Below, piece after piece: positions 7,865 through 15,655 of a DNA stretch of 63,439 nucleotides (positions are counted from its first letter, which is position 1; each line of letters starts with the position of its first letter). The DNA comes from a virus: IMG/VR virus record IMGVR_UViG_3300045988_126429, positions 1 through 63,439 of that record; one strand, 5' to 3'. The notes under the pieces were generated by a model. It made no database searches. It had not been told where the DNA came from and saw only the letters and a program-made list of their open reading frames with translations. The position numbers and the translations under genes are program-made.

Positions 7865-8974
7865 ATGACAGTAACAAAAAATCTGAAAACAGGAAAATGG
7901 GACTGTGCTTTTTGGTATAAGGATTGGCAAGGCGTACGCAAACATACAACAAAAAGAGGTTTTGACAAAAAGCGCGATGCTGAAAAATACGAAAGCGATA
8001 TGAGAAACAAAACTCATACGCATGATCCGAAATTCAGTGAAGTTATTGCAGCATACCGGGAAGAGCTGGACAGCAAACTAAAGCTAGGAGAATTAAAGCA
8101 ATCGACAGTTGACGGGAAAATCCAGGCATTGGAATATTACGTTCTCCCCTTCTTCGAAAATATGAACGTCGATAAAGTTACTCCGCTTCAAGTTATGCGT
8201 TGGCTTGCACTTCAAAATGAGAAATCAGAAAAAGAACGTCTTTCAAGCAGACTGCTAAACCGCATTCGCTCAGAGCTGAACCAGGTATTTGAATTCTCAA
8301 AAAGAAACTTCGGGACAAAAAATAACCCTGTCACTCTAACCGACAGGGTAAAGCCATATTCCAACGATACACGTGCAAAGTTATGGACAGTTGAACAGTA
8401 TAAAGTTTTCTATGATGATATTGAGATAGCTTCGCATAGGGTGCTATTCAATATCATCTTTTGGGCAGGCTTGCGAATAGGTGAAGTTTTGGCACTAAAA
8501 ATCGAGGATATATCTCCATATAAAATTCACGTTGACAAATCACTCATGAGGATAAACAATAAAGACGAATACGTCATCAGCACAACCAAGACAAGAAGCT
8601 CCGTTCGTGATGTTGAGATACCGAAATACCTCTATCATCAAATCATGGACTACATAAGCACCCTTTACAAGGTCAAAGCCGAAGATTATATCTTTGACGG
8701 CATAAAGCCGACGGCTATCAGAACATATATGCGCTATCACTGCATTAAGTTAGGCTTGCCAAGAATCAGCCCTCATATTCTCCGGCACAGCTATGCTTCC
8801 ATGCTTTACGCAACTACCGGAGATATTTTGGCAGTCGCTGAACAGATTGGTCACGCAGATACAAATACAACCTTTAAATTTTATGCTCACATGATGCCTG
8901 AAGCTAATAGAAAGGCTGTCGACAAATTAGAGAGCTTAACTGTGGATAACTTGCCCCAAAATAGCGAATTTTAA
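7865..8974 (+). CDS. int: tyrosine recombinase / phage integrase
   Basis: 369 aa; GLRIGEVLAL, HILRHSYASML and GHADTNTTFKFYAHMM (R...HxxR...Y); N-terminal arm-binding-type region KTGKWDCAFWYKDWQG. Confidence 0.92.
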   Translation: MTVTKNLKTGKWDCAFWYKDWQGVRKHTTKRGFDKKRDAEKYESDMRNKTHTHDPKFSEVIAAYREELDSKLKLGELKQSTVDGKIQALEYYVLPFFENMNVDKVTPLQVMRWLALQNEKSEKERLSSRLLNRIRSELNQVFEFSKRNFGTKNNPVTLTDRVKPYSNDTRAKLWTVEQYKVFYDDIEIASHRVLFNIIFWAGLRIGEVLALKIEDISPYKIHVDKSLMRINNKDEYVISTTKTRSSVRDVEIPKYLYHQIMDYISTLYKVKAEDYIFDGIKPTAIRTYMRYHCIKLGLPRISPHILRHSYASMLYATTGDILAVAEQIGHADTNTTFKFYAHMMPEANRKAVDKLESLTVDNLPQNSEF

Positions 8975-8975
8975 T

Positions 8976-8998
8976 TTTTGGAACTCATTTTGAACTCA
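8976..8998. repeat. 23-bp direct repeat copy 1 (candidate integrase arm-type sites, attP region)
   Basis: ttttggaactcattttgaactca; copy 2 at 9166..9188 differs at one base; each copy has two GAACTCA units. Confidence 0.6.
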
Positions 8999-9012
8999 TT
9001 CGATAAAAAAAG

Positions 9013-9054
9013 AACCGCCAAACCCCATGAATACTAGGGTTTAGCGGTTTTTGT
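9013..9054 (+). terminator. intrinsic terminator after int
   Basis: aaccgccaaaccc / gggtttagcggtt stem followed by ttttg. Confidence 0.65.
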
Positions 9055-9165
9055 TTATAGTCCCTTTTACTGATTTTACCAAATCAGCCACTTTTTTGCA
9101 AGTGTTTTTTTACTGCATAGTGCATATCTTTTCGTTTATTTTTTTCATTTTTTTAGTTGCTTTTA

Positions 9166-9188
9166 TTTTGGAACTCATTTGGAACTCA
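9166..9188. repeat. 23-bp direct repeat copy 2 (attP region)
   Basis: ttttggaactcatttggaactca, 22/23 identical to 8976..8998. Confidence 0.6.
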
Positions 9189-9193
9189 CAAGC

Positions 9194-9226
9194 AAAAAAG
9201 CAGGCTGACTAAACCTGCTTTTTTTA
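9194..9226. terminator. bidirectional hairpin terminator
   Basis: AAAAAAGCAGG-ctgactaaa-CCTGCTTTTTTT: A-run and T-run flank the stem. Confidence 0.55.
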
Positions 9227-9292
9227 GCCGTATGTAATAGTAAGAAGATAATTGAGATACCGAAATGGAAACAAATTCAAACTCTTAAATAG

Positions 9293-9326
9293 AAAAAGAC
9301 ACTTGCGCAAACGCAGATGCCTTTTT
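9293..9326 (-). terminator. terminator closing the minus-strand accessory operon
   Basis: Minus strand aaaaaggcatctgcgtttgcgcaagtgtcttttt: imperfect hairpin plus T-run, about 110 nt after the stop of 9435..9896. Confidence 0.5.
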
Positions 9327-9434
9327 CCATAACTAGAACACATCTACAATGTTGGCTAGACACTTAATGAAAGACGTGAACTATTACTAGCATATATATA
9401 ATATACCATTTTATTTTTTTTAGCAATTAGAAAA

Positions 9435-9896
9435 TTATTGTCTTTCCTTTGCTCTCATTTGAGCTACCCATAAGTCAAGGACTTTTCCGCTAGGAGCATC
9501 AGGGTCACACATATAAGCTTTAGCAATCTTGACAAGTGTTCCGGTATCACCGCTGAACACTGCACCATAATCACTATACACCATATTCAGCACATAATAC
9601 CAATCAGCTTTATGCTTGATATTATGCTGCTCTGCAAGTTGATTGGTCTGCTCATACGTCCAATGCTCACCATTAGTGCCATCCGTGTTCTGCATCTTGC
9701 TAACTGCAAGCTTTGCAAGTGCTTCGTCAAAGTGAGGGCCATAGGCTACGCAGTGCAGGTCATACAACGTGCGATAAAAAAGGTCTGGGCAATGCATCTT
9801 AAGCTTTTCTAATGCACTGCAAACAATTTCTTCCATTGCTCTCTCTTTTGTATCATCACCTATAATCTTGTTCCAATACTCTTTATAGGAGTGCAT
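9435..9896 (-). CDS. hypothetical protein
   Basis: ATG at 9896 lies 5 nt after AAGGAGGTG; 153 aa with no family I can name. Confidence 0.6.
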   Translation of the reverse strand: MHSYKEYWNKIIGDDTKERAMEEIVCSALEKLKMHCPDLFYRTLYDLHCVAYGPHFDEALAKLAVSKMQNTDGTNGEHWTYEQTNQLAEQHNIKHKADWYYVLNMVYSDYGAVFSGDTGTLVKIAKAYMCDPDAPSGKVLDLWVAQMRAKERQ

Positions 9897-9908
9897 AACC
9901 ACACCTCC

Positions 9909-10343
9909 TTACGCAAGCTTAACCACGCTAATAGCTGCCCTGTTAATTGTTGCCGCTGCCGTTGCCTGTACCTGTAAACTTGTTATGTTGTTTACTGCAC
10001 AGCAAGAAGGACGAACACGAATCAGCGTAGTAAAAGAAATATTCACAGCTGTGTCAGCAACGCCAGTAACAATGCTTTCCGCACCATTAATAACAGAAGA
10101 TGTGCTTTCCGTGGTACTCAGAAGCTGTAAGCCAACATTGCCAGCAGCAGCAGGAACAACATCAGCATTTACACTGACAAGGTACAGGCCACGAATCAGG
10201 CTAACACTAGAGCTTCCAGCAGGATGCTTAATAGCAACGCCAGTCAGAAGATTATTTATAGGAAAGCTAACAAAAGCATTAGCTGCAACAGACTGAGCAG
10301 CAACAGCCGCAGCGTTCAAAGAAGATTTTTCGTAGCAAATCAT
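9909..10343 (-). CDS. C1q/TNF-like (BclA C-terminal-domain-like) protein
   Basis: 144 aa; pattern FPINN...HPAGSSSVSLIRGLYLVSVNADV...LQLL...VINGAES...ISFTTLIRV...ISVVKLA resembles the BclA-C jelly-roll; no collagen repeats. Confidence 0.4.
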   Translation of the reverse strand: MICYEKSSLNAAAVAAQSVAANAFVSFPINNLLTGVAIKHPAGSSSVSLIRGLYLVSVNADVVPAAAGNVGLQLLSTTESTSSVINGAESIVTGVADTAVNISFTTLIRVRPSCCAVNNITSLQVQATAAATINRAAISVVKLA

Positions 10344-10468
10344 TTATTTTCACCTCTTTACGCAATCAAGGTATTTTCTTGATACCTTTAAATTTTATCG
10401 TTTTTTAAAGCAATAGGGACGGCTTGCACCGTCCCTAATACAGTGCAGTTAATGCACATAACTTATTT

Positions 10469-11215
10469 TTAGCCTACATTATAAGCGCAGCCACAAGCAC
10501 CAGCTACATTGGCAGCGACACTTTGATACGGACTAGACGTAATATAAGCAGGTTGAGGATAAGGTCTCAGCGTGCCGATGAGAGCAGCACTCTGTGCTTG
10601 CTGACTTAATTGGAAGTTAGCGGTCTGCAAGTCGCGGTCGCGGTCTGAGAGCTTGTCTCTCAAATCTTGAATCTGGTTAGCTACCATAATTGCCCTGGTC
10701 TTTTCTCCGTCCTCTTTGACGGCGTTTACGATAGCACAAGTATTTTGTGCATTTTCGTAACGCACTGCGTCAATATTTCGGTTAGTTTCGTAGCCAAGAG
10801 AAGCAATAGCTTGTTTTTGCTCGCAGCAGCATTGCTGAGCGGCGAAACGATTTTGTGCAATCTCGCTGCCGAGCTGATAACCAGTCTGCATAATGTCTCG
10901 CTGAACACCGTTAAACCCATTCAGCATAGTGCTGTTCTGAGCGTAAAAACCATCACATAAGCCATTCTGAACACCACGAATACCGTCTTTAATATCCTGC
11001 ATGGAAAATTGGTCTGCAATCTGATCACGTGTCATACTTCCATTAGCAAAAATTTCAGCACCCATGTTACCACGGTTATTCCAGTTGCCGCCCCAACCGC
11101 CCATAAGAGCGAAAAGAACGATAATCCACATAAACCACATACCGCCGCCCCAGCAGTCACCATAACCATTGTTTCGATTCATGTCCATTACAGGGACAAT
11201 GTTTGCACCTTCCAT
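10469..11215 (-). CDS. membrane protein with G/W/N-rich N-terminus, CCCE motif and coiled coil (conserved Firmicutes hypothetical)
   Basis: 248 aa; TM MWFMWIIVLFALMGGWGG; QQCCCEQKQ; C-terminal RPYPQPAY; recalled as a recurrent unnamed family. Confidence 0.6.
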   Translation of the reverse strand: MEGANIVPVMDMNRNNGYGDCWGGGMWFMWIIVLFALMGGWGGNWNNRGNMGAEIFANGSMTRDQIADQFSMQDIKDGIRGVQNGLCDGFYAQNSTMLNGFNGVQRDIMQTGYQLGSEIAQNRFAAQQCCCEQKQAIASLGYETNRNIDAVRYENAQNTCAIVNAVKEDGEKTRAIMVANQIQDLRDKLSDRDRDLQTANFQLSQQAQSAALIGTLRPYPQPAYITSSPYQSVAANVAGACGCAYNVG

Positions 11216-11261
11216 GATTTTTTCACCTCCGTAAAAATCTATCTAAAGCTTCATTGCGCGC

Positions 11262-11492
11262 TTATTGAAGCCTTAAACCAAATTGACTTAAAAATTGATT
11301 AAGCTGTTCATCGTTCATGCCTTTTTGTTTGGCAAGATTCCTCACAAGAGTTTGCATCTGCTCTGGCGATTTACCTTGCCCCATCTGCATCGCCCTACTC
11401 ATTAGCGGATTTTGTCCTGCGAACTGTTGCATTAGTCCCATTGGATTTCCTGCCTGCTGTACCATCTGCATCATCTGGAATATGTTCATCAT
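11262..11492 (-). CDS. Met/Gln-rich small protein
   Basis: 76 aa; own GGAGGAA RBS 6 nt upstream; overlaps the upstream ORF by 98 nt in another frame. Confidence 0.5.
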   Translation of the reverse strand: MMNIFQMMQMVQQAGNPMGLMQQFAGQNPLMSRAMQMGQGKSPEQMQTLVRNLAKQKGMNDEQLNQFLSQFGLRLQ

Positions 11493-11904
11493 TCGTCATT
11501 CCTCCAATCTGCTCTTCGAGCTTTTCAATGCGTCTTTGCAATGCCAGCACTGTGTTATTGTCAGCGTAGGCAGGAGCTTGCATACCACCGTCCTGCTGAA
11601 GCTGATAAACTCTAAAAATCGGCAAGCCGTCCATGCCTATAAGCTTTTCATAAATTTTTCCTTCGGCAGGAGCAGGAAAATATGTACTCGTTCCGTCAAG
11701 GTCAACTTGCGCTGCTCGTGCTTCTTCAATGCTTGTAACAGGTCTGCCTTTAATTTGCTGTACAGGCTGATATGCATTTGGCTGTGCAGGGGGCATCATT
11801 GCAGGCATTGGTTGTTGATACATTTGTTGTTGCTGTTGCAGATTAGCTAACCTCTGTTGCATCTGCTGTGTAGCTCCATAAGGATTGTAATAATTTCCGT
11901 ACAT
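11395..11904 (-). CDS. Gln-rich (prion-like composition) protein
   Basis: ATG 11904 after GAGGTGA; YGNYYNPYGATQQMQQRLANLQQQQQMYQQP, then a globular-looking segment GRPVTSIEEARAAQVDLDG. Confidence 0.6.
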   Translation of the reverse strand: MYGNYYNPYGATQQMQQRLANLQQQQQMYQQPMPAMMPPAQPNAYQPVQQIKGRPVTSIEEARAAQVDLDGTSTYFPAPAEGKIYEKLIGMDGLPIFRVYQLQQDGGMQAPAYADNNTVLALQRRIEKLEEQIGGMTNDEHIPDDADGTAGRKSNGTNATVRRTKSANE

Positions 11905-12020
11905 CTTTATCACCTCACCTATATTTTAAGTGGTAGCAATAAAAACAATCCCTAAAGCTAAAGACACATTCTCCTATACATTCGGACATAATTTAGACAC
12001 GATTCAGGCAGCAAAAAATG

Positions 12021-12076
12021 AGAAAAAAAAATAATCCCCATTAAGAAAAGCTTTTACACTTCTCTTAATGGGGATT
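12021..12076 (-). terminator. strong intrinsic terminator after the sigma-like gene
   Basis: Minus strand AATCCCCATTAAGA...TCTTAATGGGGATT (14-bp stem) followed by a T9 run. Confidence 0.8.
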
Positions 12077-12079
12077 ACT

Positions 12080-12316
12080 TCATTTAGAAAGCACTCGATT
12101 AATAGCCTTATACGCAGTGCTTATTTCTCTGTCAACATTTTTAGTGGAGATGTTCAGCTCCATTGCGATTTGGTAATTCATTTTGCCGTCAACAAATTTC
12201 ATCTCACAGATTTTCATTTGCCGTGGCGTTATCTTCGCTTCTTGAAGCACTGCATAAAATGAGCGGCGCGAGCTTTCGGTCATCCATACCCTCGCGCTTT
12301 TTAGCAGTTCTCTCAT
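12080..12316 (-). CDS. small sigma-70 region-4-like HTH protein
   Basis: 78 aa; TPRQMKICEMKFVDGKMNYQIAMELNISTKNVDREISTAYKAI resembles a region 4.2 HTH. Confidence 0.5.
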   Translation of the reverse strand: MRELLKSARVWMTESSRRSFYAVLQEAKITPRQMKICEMKFVDGKMNYQIAMELNISTKNVDREISTAYKAINRVLSK

Positions 12317-12320
12317 TAAA

Positions 12321-12488
12321 TCACCTTTTTAAAACATAAGCAAGCAGTGCAATCAGACCGATGTTGGCAAACAACATTCCAGCCATGATATAAAACTGCT
12401 TATCAATAATTCTTTTGTTTTCAGCAAACAACATTGTTACCATACCAGCAGGCAAAACTTCCTGCTTAATATTTTCGTTATCATTCAT
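12321..12488 (-). CDS. small membrane protein (55 aa, below the ORF-track cutoff)
   Basis: ATG 12488 after GGGGTGATAGG; C-terminal TM MAGMLFANIGLIALLAYVL; stop is 4 nt before the sigma-like start. Confidence 0.5.
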   Translation of the reverse strand: MNDNENIKQEVLPAGMVTMLFAENKRIIDKQFYIMAGMLFANIGLIALLAYVLKR

Positions 12489-12521
12489 CCTATCACCCCA
12501 TATAATATATTTAATAAATAT

Positions 12522-12551
12522 ATTATATCACATCGACAAACAGACAGTCAC
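12522..12551 (-). promoter_or_regulatory. extended -10 promoter for the small-TM/sigma-like operon
   Basis: Minus strand GTGACT (12551-12546), 18 nt, TGaTATAAT (12530-12522); followed by a 13-bp-arm AT palindrome at 12499-12527. Confidence 0.4.
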
Positions 12552-12827
12552 TAATAAATCAAAGCATAATAAAAGCGTCCTGCTTTCACAGAACGCTCTA
12601 ATGGATATCGAATGAAATCCACCAATCAACAGTTTTAAGCAGGAAGGAATTGCACCTTCATAGGCTATATCCGGCAGTGTTCGACTGCCCCACATTCGCT
12701 AACTCGTGGACTCTGCTTTGTGATTAAACACATAAAACCGATAAAGTTACAATATTGCGCACTACCATAACTTTATTCGAATGTTAATAATAACACTCAT
12801 TACATTTATATTATACCACAGCTATTA

Positions 12828-13295
12828 TCATTTTGCAACCGCACATGCAAGAACGAACACCGCACACCCTGCATACAAGTTACGTTGATGCTTAATTCTT
12901 CTCGTTCTCTTGCGTTCTAACTCCATTTGCTCGATCAACGTCTTGTATAATGCCTTGCTGTCGTCTAACGATTGTTTGGCATTCGCTAATGAGTTTTTGG
13001 AGCTGTTCAGTGCTTTCCTCGTTTCGTTTAGCTGTAACCTCGCTTCTGCTAATTGTTGCATCAGCTCGCTCGACGTGCTTTTCTGCGTCGCTAACATATC
13101 GCTCGCTATCTGCAATTTCGCTTCTAGCAGATTCGTTTCTTGCTTTAAGCTGTTCCACTGTTCCAGTGATATTGTTATCTGCTGAGGTGCCGCTTCTGCC
13201 GTGCCACCGCCAGTACATGTCATTACATATAAGGAAAATCCCAGCAACAATAAGACCAATCTTAACAGCTTTATCGATTTTACGTCTTGTTTCAT
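12828..13295 (-). CDS. secreted/anchored coiled-coil protein (frame alternative B)
   Basis: 155 aa; signal-like LLRLVLLLLGFSLYVMTC...AEA, long heptad coiled coil, C-terminal TM LYAGCAVFVLACAVA; fully overlaps 12892..13302. Confidence 0.4.
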   Translation of the reverse strand: MKQDVKSIKLLRLVLLLLGFSLYVMTCTGGGTAEAAPQQITISLEQWNSLKQETNLLEAKLQIASDMLATQKSTSSELMQQLAEARLQLNETRKALNSSKNSLANAKQSLDDSKALYKTLIEQMELERKRTRRIKHQRNLYAGCAVFVLACAVAK

Positions 13296-13302
13296 CTTTC
13301 AT
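12892..13302 (-). CDS. N-terminally anchored coiled-coil protein (frame alternative A)
   Basis: 136 aa; GAGGT RBS 6 nt upstream; TM AVKIGLIVAGIFLICNDMYW, then a charged helical region. Confidence 0.45.
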   Translation of the reverse strand: MKDETRRKIDKAVKIGLIVAGIFLICNDMYWRWHGRSGTSADNNITGTVEQLKARNESARSEIADSERYVSDAEKHVERADATISRSEVTAKRNEESTEQLQKLISECQTIVRRQQGIIQDVDRANGVRTQENEKN

Positions 13303-13407
13303 TATAACCTCGTACGATTAATAAGTAAGCTTCGCCTACAAGCGACGGTTGAACGCTCATAGGCGAAGTGCTTTTGCGCAATTTGCGCCTTCTTGTAGAT
13401 ATTCAGG

Positions 13408-13506
13408 TTAAAGAGCAAAGTAATGATGCAGTGCGCCAAGCGTGAAGCCTATAATAAGGCCAGCCAAAAATTTTTTGTCAGTCACAAAAGATTTTACCGT
13501 TTCCAT
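13408..13506 (-). CDS. 32-aa single-TM peptide
   Basis: ATG 13506 after GGAGGTGA; FLAGLIIGFTLGALHHYFAL; directly downstream of the lysin candidate. Confidence 0.4.
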   Translation of the reverse strand: METVKSFVTDKKFLAGLIIGFTLGALHHYFAL

Positions 13507-13634
13507 TGTATCACCTCCAATCATTATAAATGCGTCACCGACTATTACGCAAAAATTACCAGAAAATGCTACACGTATAGGAGAGAATAACTAAACCTCT
13601 TGTCGGTGACTATATCTAAAGCATGAGCTTTAAA

Positions 13635-14252
13635 TCATCTTCCATTGCCAGCTTCACCATAGGCAGGTACGCCGTATGGTGAAGTTAAATCAATGCCAGC
13701 AACATACTCATAAGTAATTTGTGCTCTGTTTGCATAACCGGGGCGGTACATCTCGCCAACATCGGCAGCAATCCAGTAATAATTTTCAAACAGTTTATAG
13801 AGTGCTTCCAGGCTGCGCAGGTCGACACGTTCAAAACGATTCTCTAAAAAACGCTTTACAACATAAGTGCTAGTCGGGCACCACATACCGGCATAAATCA
13901 AGCAGCGTGTATCATCCAACGTCGGCACCTGCTGAAGCGCCTCGACGTATTGCAGGCAGTCACGTGATAATTGTTCCAACTGTGCCTGCTGTCCTGCTTC
14001 ACTTCTCAAAAGCTCTTTCAGCATCGGCAGTTCGCCGCTTGCCTTAATGTCGATATAGGTTCTGCCGACAAAGTCTTCACCGCCGGGAATAGCCCTCAAA
14101 AGCTCATCGGCTCTGTTGCCTTCCCATTGTGACACGCCGATTGACGGATAAGCGTAGGCGGTAGACTTCGCCACGCTGTCATAGCCACCCTCGATACCTG
14201 TTGCGATAATGCCTTTGGCGATTTCTCTCGCAAGGCTTTTGTTCCAGTCCAT
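13635..14252 (-). CDS. putative endolysin (lysozyme-like)
   Basis: ATG 14252 after GAGGTGA; IEGGYDSV...SIGVSQWEGNRADELL resembles the GI-x-QW-x-G-x-R motif of phage lysozyme-like domains; sits after the holin. Confidence 0.45.
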   Translation of the reverse strand: MDWNKSLAREIAKGIIATGIEGGYDSVAKSTAYAYPSIGVSQWEGNRADELLRAIPGGEDFVGRTYIDIKASGELPMLKELLRSEAGQQAQLEQLSRDCLQYVEALQQVPTLDDTRCLIYAGMWCPTSTYVVKRFLENRFERVDLRSLEALYKLFENYYWIAADVGEMYRPGYANRAQITYEYVAGIDLTSPYGVPAYGEAGNGR

Positions 14253-14262
14253 AGCTATCACC

Positions 14263-14553
14263 TCACTCACTTTTTAAGCAGCGATTAGAAGCTTTTTTGT
14301 ATACGTCCTCATACATTTCTTGCTTGTCGCCGTTGTATGTATACTCAGCATAAATACCGTCACCGCTCACGGTCGTTGATAACAACGCCTTGTAATTCTG
14401 CAACGTCTTGCACGCCCAAACCACATAGACATTCTCCAGCGTAATAGGCTGAACGTCGTTCGGGCCATGGTTAATGTTGTCGGATTGGTTATACCACTCC
14501 ACTAATTTGTTTTTGCACACAGATTCAAAGTGCGCCATACCGGTAATAATCAT
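14263..14553 (-). CDS. conserved phage protein of unknown function
   Basis: Start MIIT after AAAGGAGT; VYVVWACKTLQNYKALLSTT...YEYTYNGDKQEMYEDVYKK recalled from Gram-positive phages. Confidence 0.55.
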   Translation of the reverse strand: MIITGMAHFESVCKNKLVEWYNQSDNINHGPNDVQPITLENVYVVWACKTLQNYKALLSTTVSGDGIYAEYTYNGDKQEMYEDVYKKASNRCLKSE

Positions 14554-14771
14554 AACTATCACTCCTTTAATTTCACTTCTTAATTTCACATTTTAGTTGT
14601 TTTGTTAAGTTGTTGCTTATCTTCTAAAATGTGTGTTAAATATGTGTCACTTGACTTTTTGCAACAACATCATTACACCTTAAAACCCTTGCTGCATCTA
14701 GCTTTCAGCGTTTTTAGCGAAAATTAGTCAAGTGCATTTTTGTAAAAAAGTCAAGTGGCGTTACTCAAAAT

Positions 14772-15005
14772 TTACTCGTCATTCTTCACTTTCATTGCTT
14801 TAGTCTCTACATACTTGTTACCAAGCTGCGCAAGCATGAAAGATACACAAGCCATAGCAAAGGCTTCATAATTGCCCCACGTTTTTACAAAAAACGCAAG
14901 GTAAAGAGAAATTACACAGAACAAGACGAACGCCAGCACAGCGCATAGTCTGCCGATACTAAGCGTATTCTCGTCCTTTTTTAGCATATTTAATAGCTTC
15001 TTCAT
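14772..15005 (-). CDS. holin (two TM, charged C-terminus)
   Basis: 77 aa; TMs LCAVLAFVLFCVISLYLAFFV and AFAMACVSFMLAQLG; tail KAMKVKNDE. Confidence 0.55.
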   Translation of the reverse strand: MKKLLNMLKKDENTLSIGRLCAVLAFVLFCVISLYLAFFVKTWGNYEAFAMACVSFMLAQLGNKYVETKAMKVKNDE

Positions 15006-15008
15006 TTC

Positions 15009-15323
15009 TTATCCTTTCTGATGCGGCTCATAGTTCGGCAAGTCGTTAAGCTGTTCCATTAAGCCGTTAATAACGCCATTTTCTCCGAGAGCTTCATAGC
15101 TTCTAAAGCATGCGTTGATGCTTTCTAAAGCGTAAATGGGAATCCACTTCTTATCGTCGCAGTAATGGTTGTAAGCCTGGATGATTCTATCTCTCAGCAA
15201 TGCTTGTAAGCCTGCCTTTAAGGCATTGTTTTCTTTTTGCTTTGCGCGATACAAAGCAAAAAGGTAGGAAATAACAGCGCCAGCAATAATGTTTATTACG
15301 GTTTGCATAGTTGATTCAAACAT
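15009..15323 (-). CDS. N-terminally anchored membrane protein, lysis-cassette associated
   Basis: Start MFEST after GGTGAGGTG; TM VINIIAGAVISYLFALY, then ALLRDRIIQAYNHY...ALGENGV, a pattern recalled next to holins in Firmicutes phages. Confidence 0.5.
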   Translation of the reverse strand: MFESTMQTVINIIAGAVISYLFALYRAKQKENNALKAGLQALLRDRIIQAYNHYCDDKKWIPIYALESINACFRSYEALGENGVINGLMEQLNDLPNYEPHQKG

Positions 15324-15331
15324 AAAACACC

Positions 15332-15655
15332 TCACCACTCCAATTTAGGCAACATCGCCAGCAGCTCCGACTCCGACGGCACGGCACGTCTGCCAGCGTT
15401 GACATCAGCTAATACGTCATAGCATAATCGCCACACCTTATCACGCCATGCAAGCACGATGTTTGCCTCACGCTTAAAAATCTCGTCAGTGCTATCTACA
15501 TAACTGATGCACGTAAACACATCATCATAACCTCTTGCCTGTACAGCCTTGTCCATGTAATCCTGTACAAGGCGTGTATATTTAGCCTGCAAATCCTCAA
15601 CGCCAAAATCAGCAGGCGTTAAGTTTAATTTTTTTGCCATTGATAGTCTGCTCAT
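15332..15655 (-). CDS. hypothetical protein (tail-fibre-associated position)
   Basis: 107-aa ORF overlapping the upstream fibre gene stop by 4 nt. Confidence 0.5.
   Translation of the reverse strand: MSRLSMAKKLNLTPADFGVEDLQAKYTRLVQDYMDKAVQARGYDDVFTCISYVDSTDEIFKREANIVLAWRDKVWRLCYDVLADVNAGRRAVPSESELLAMLPKLEW

Noticed and set aside
7802-8023. Two minus-strand ORFs (73 and 62 aa) overlapping the integrase start
   Set aside because: They overlap the well-supported int gene and its AT-rich promoter region. They are hydrophobic and low-complexity, with no RBS.
11317-11850. 177-aa plus-strand ORF
   Set aside because: It is antisense to the Q-rich genes. CAG/CAA-rich coding sequence leaves the complement open. 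There is no RBS and the composition is Cys/Leu-rich and implausible.
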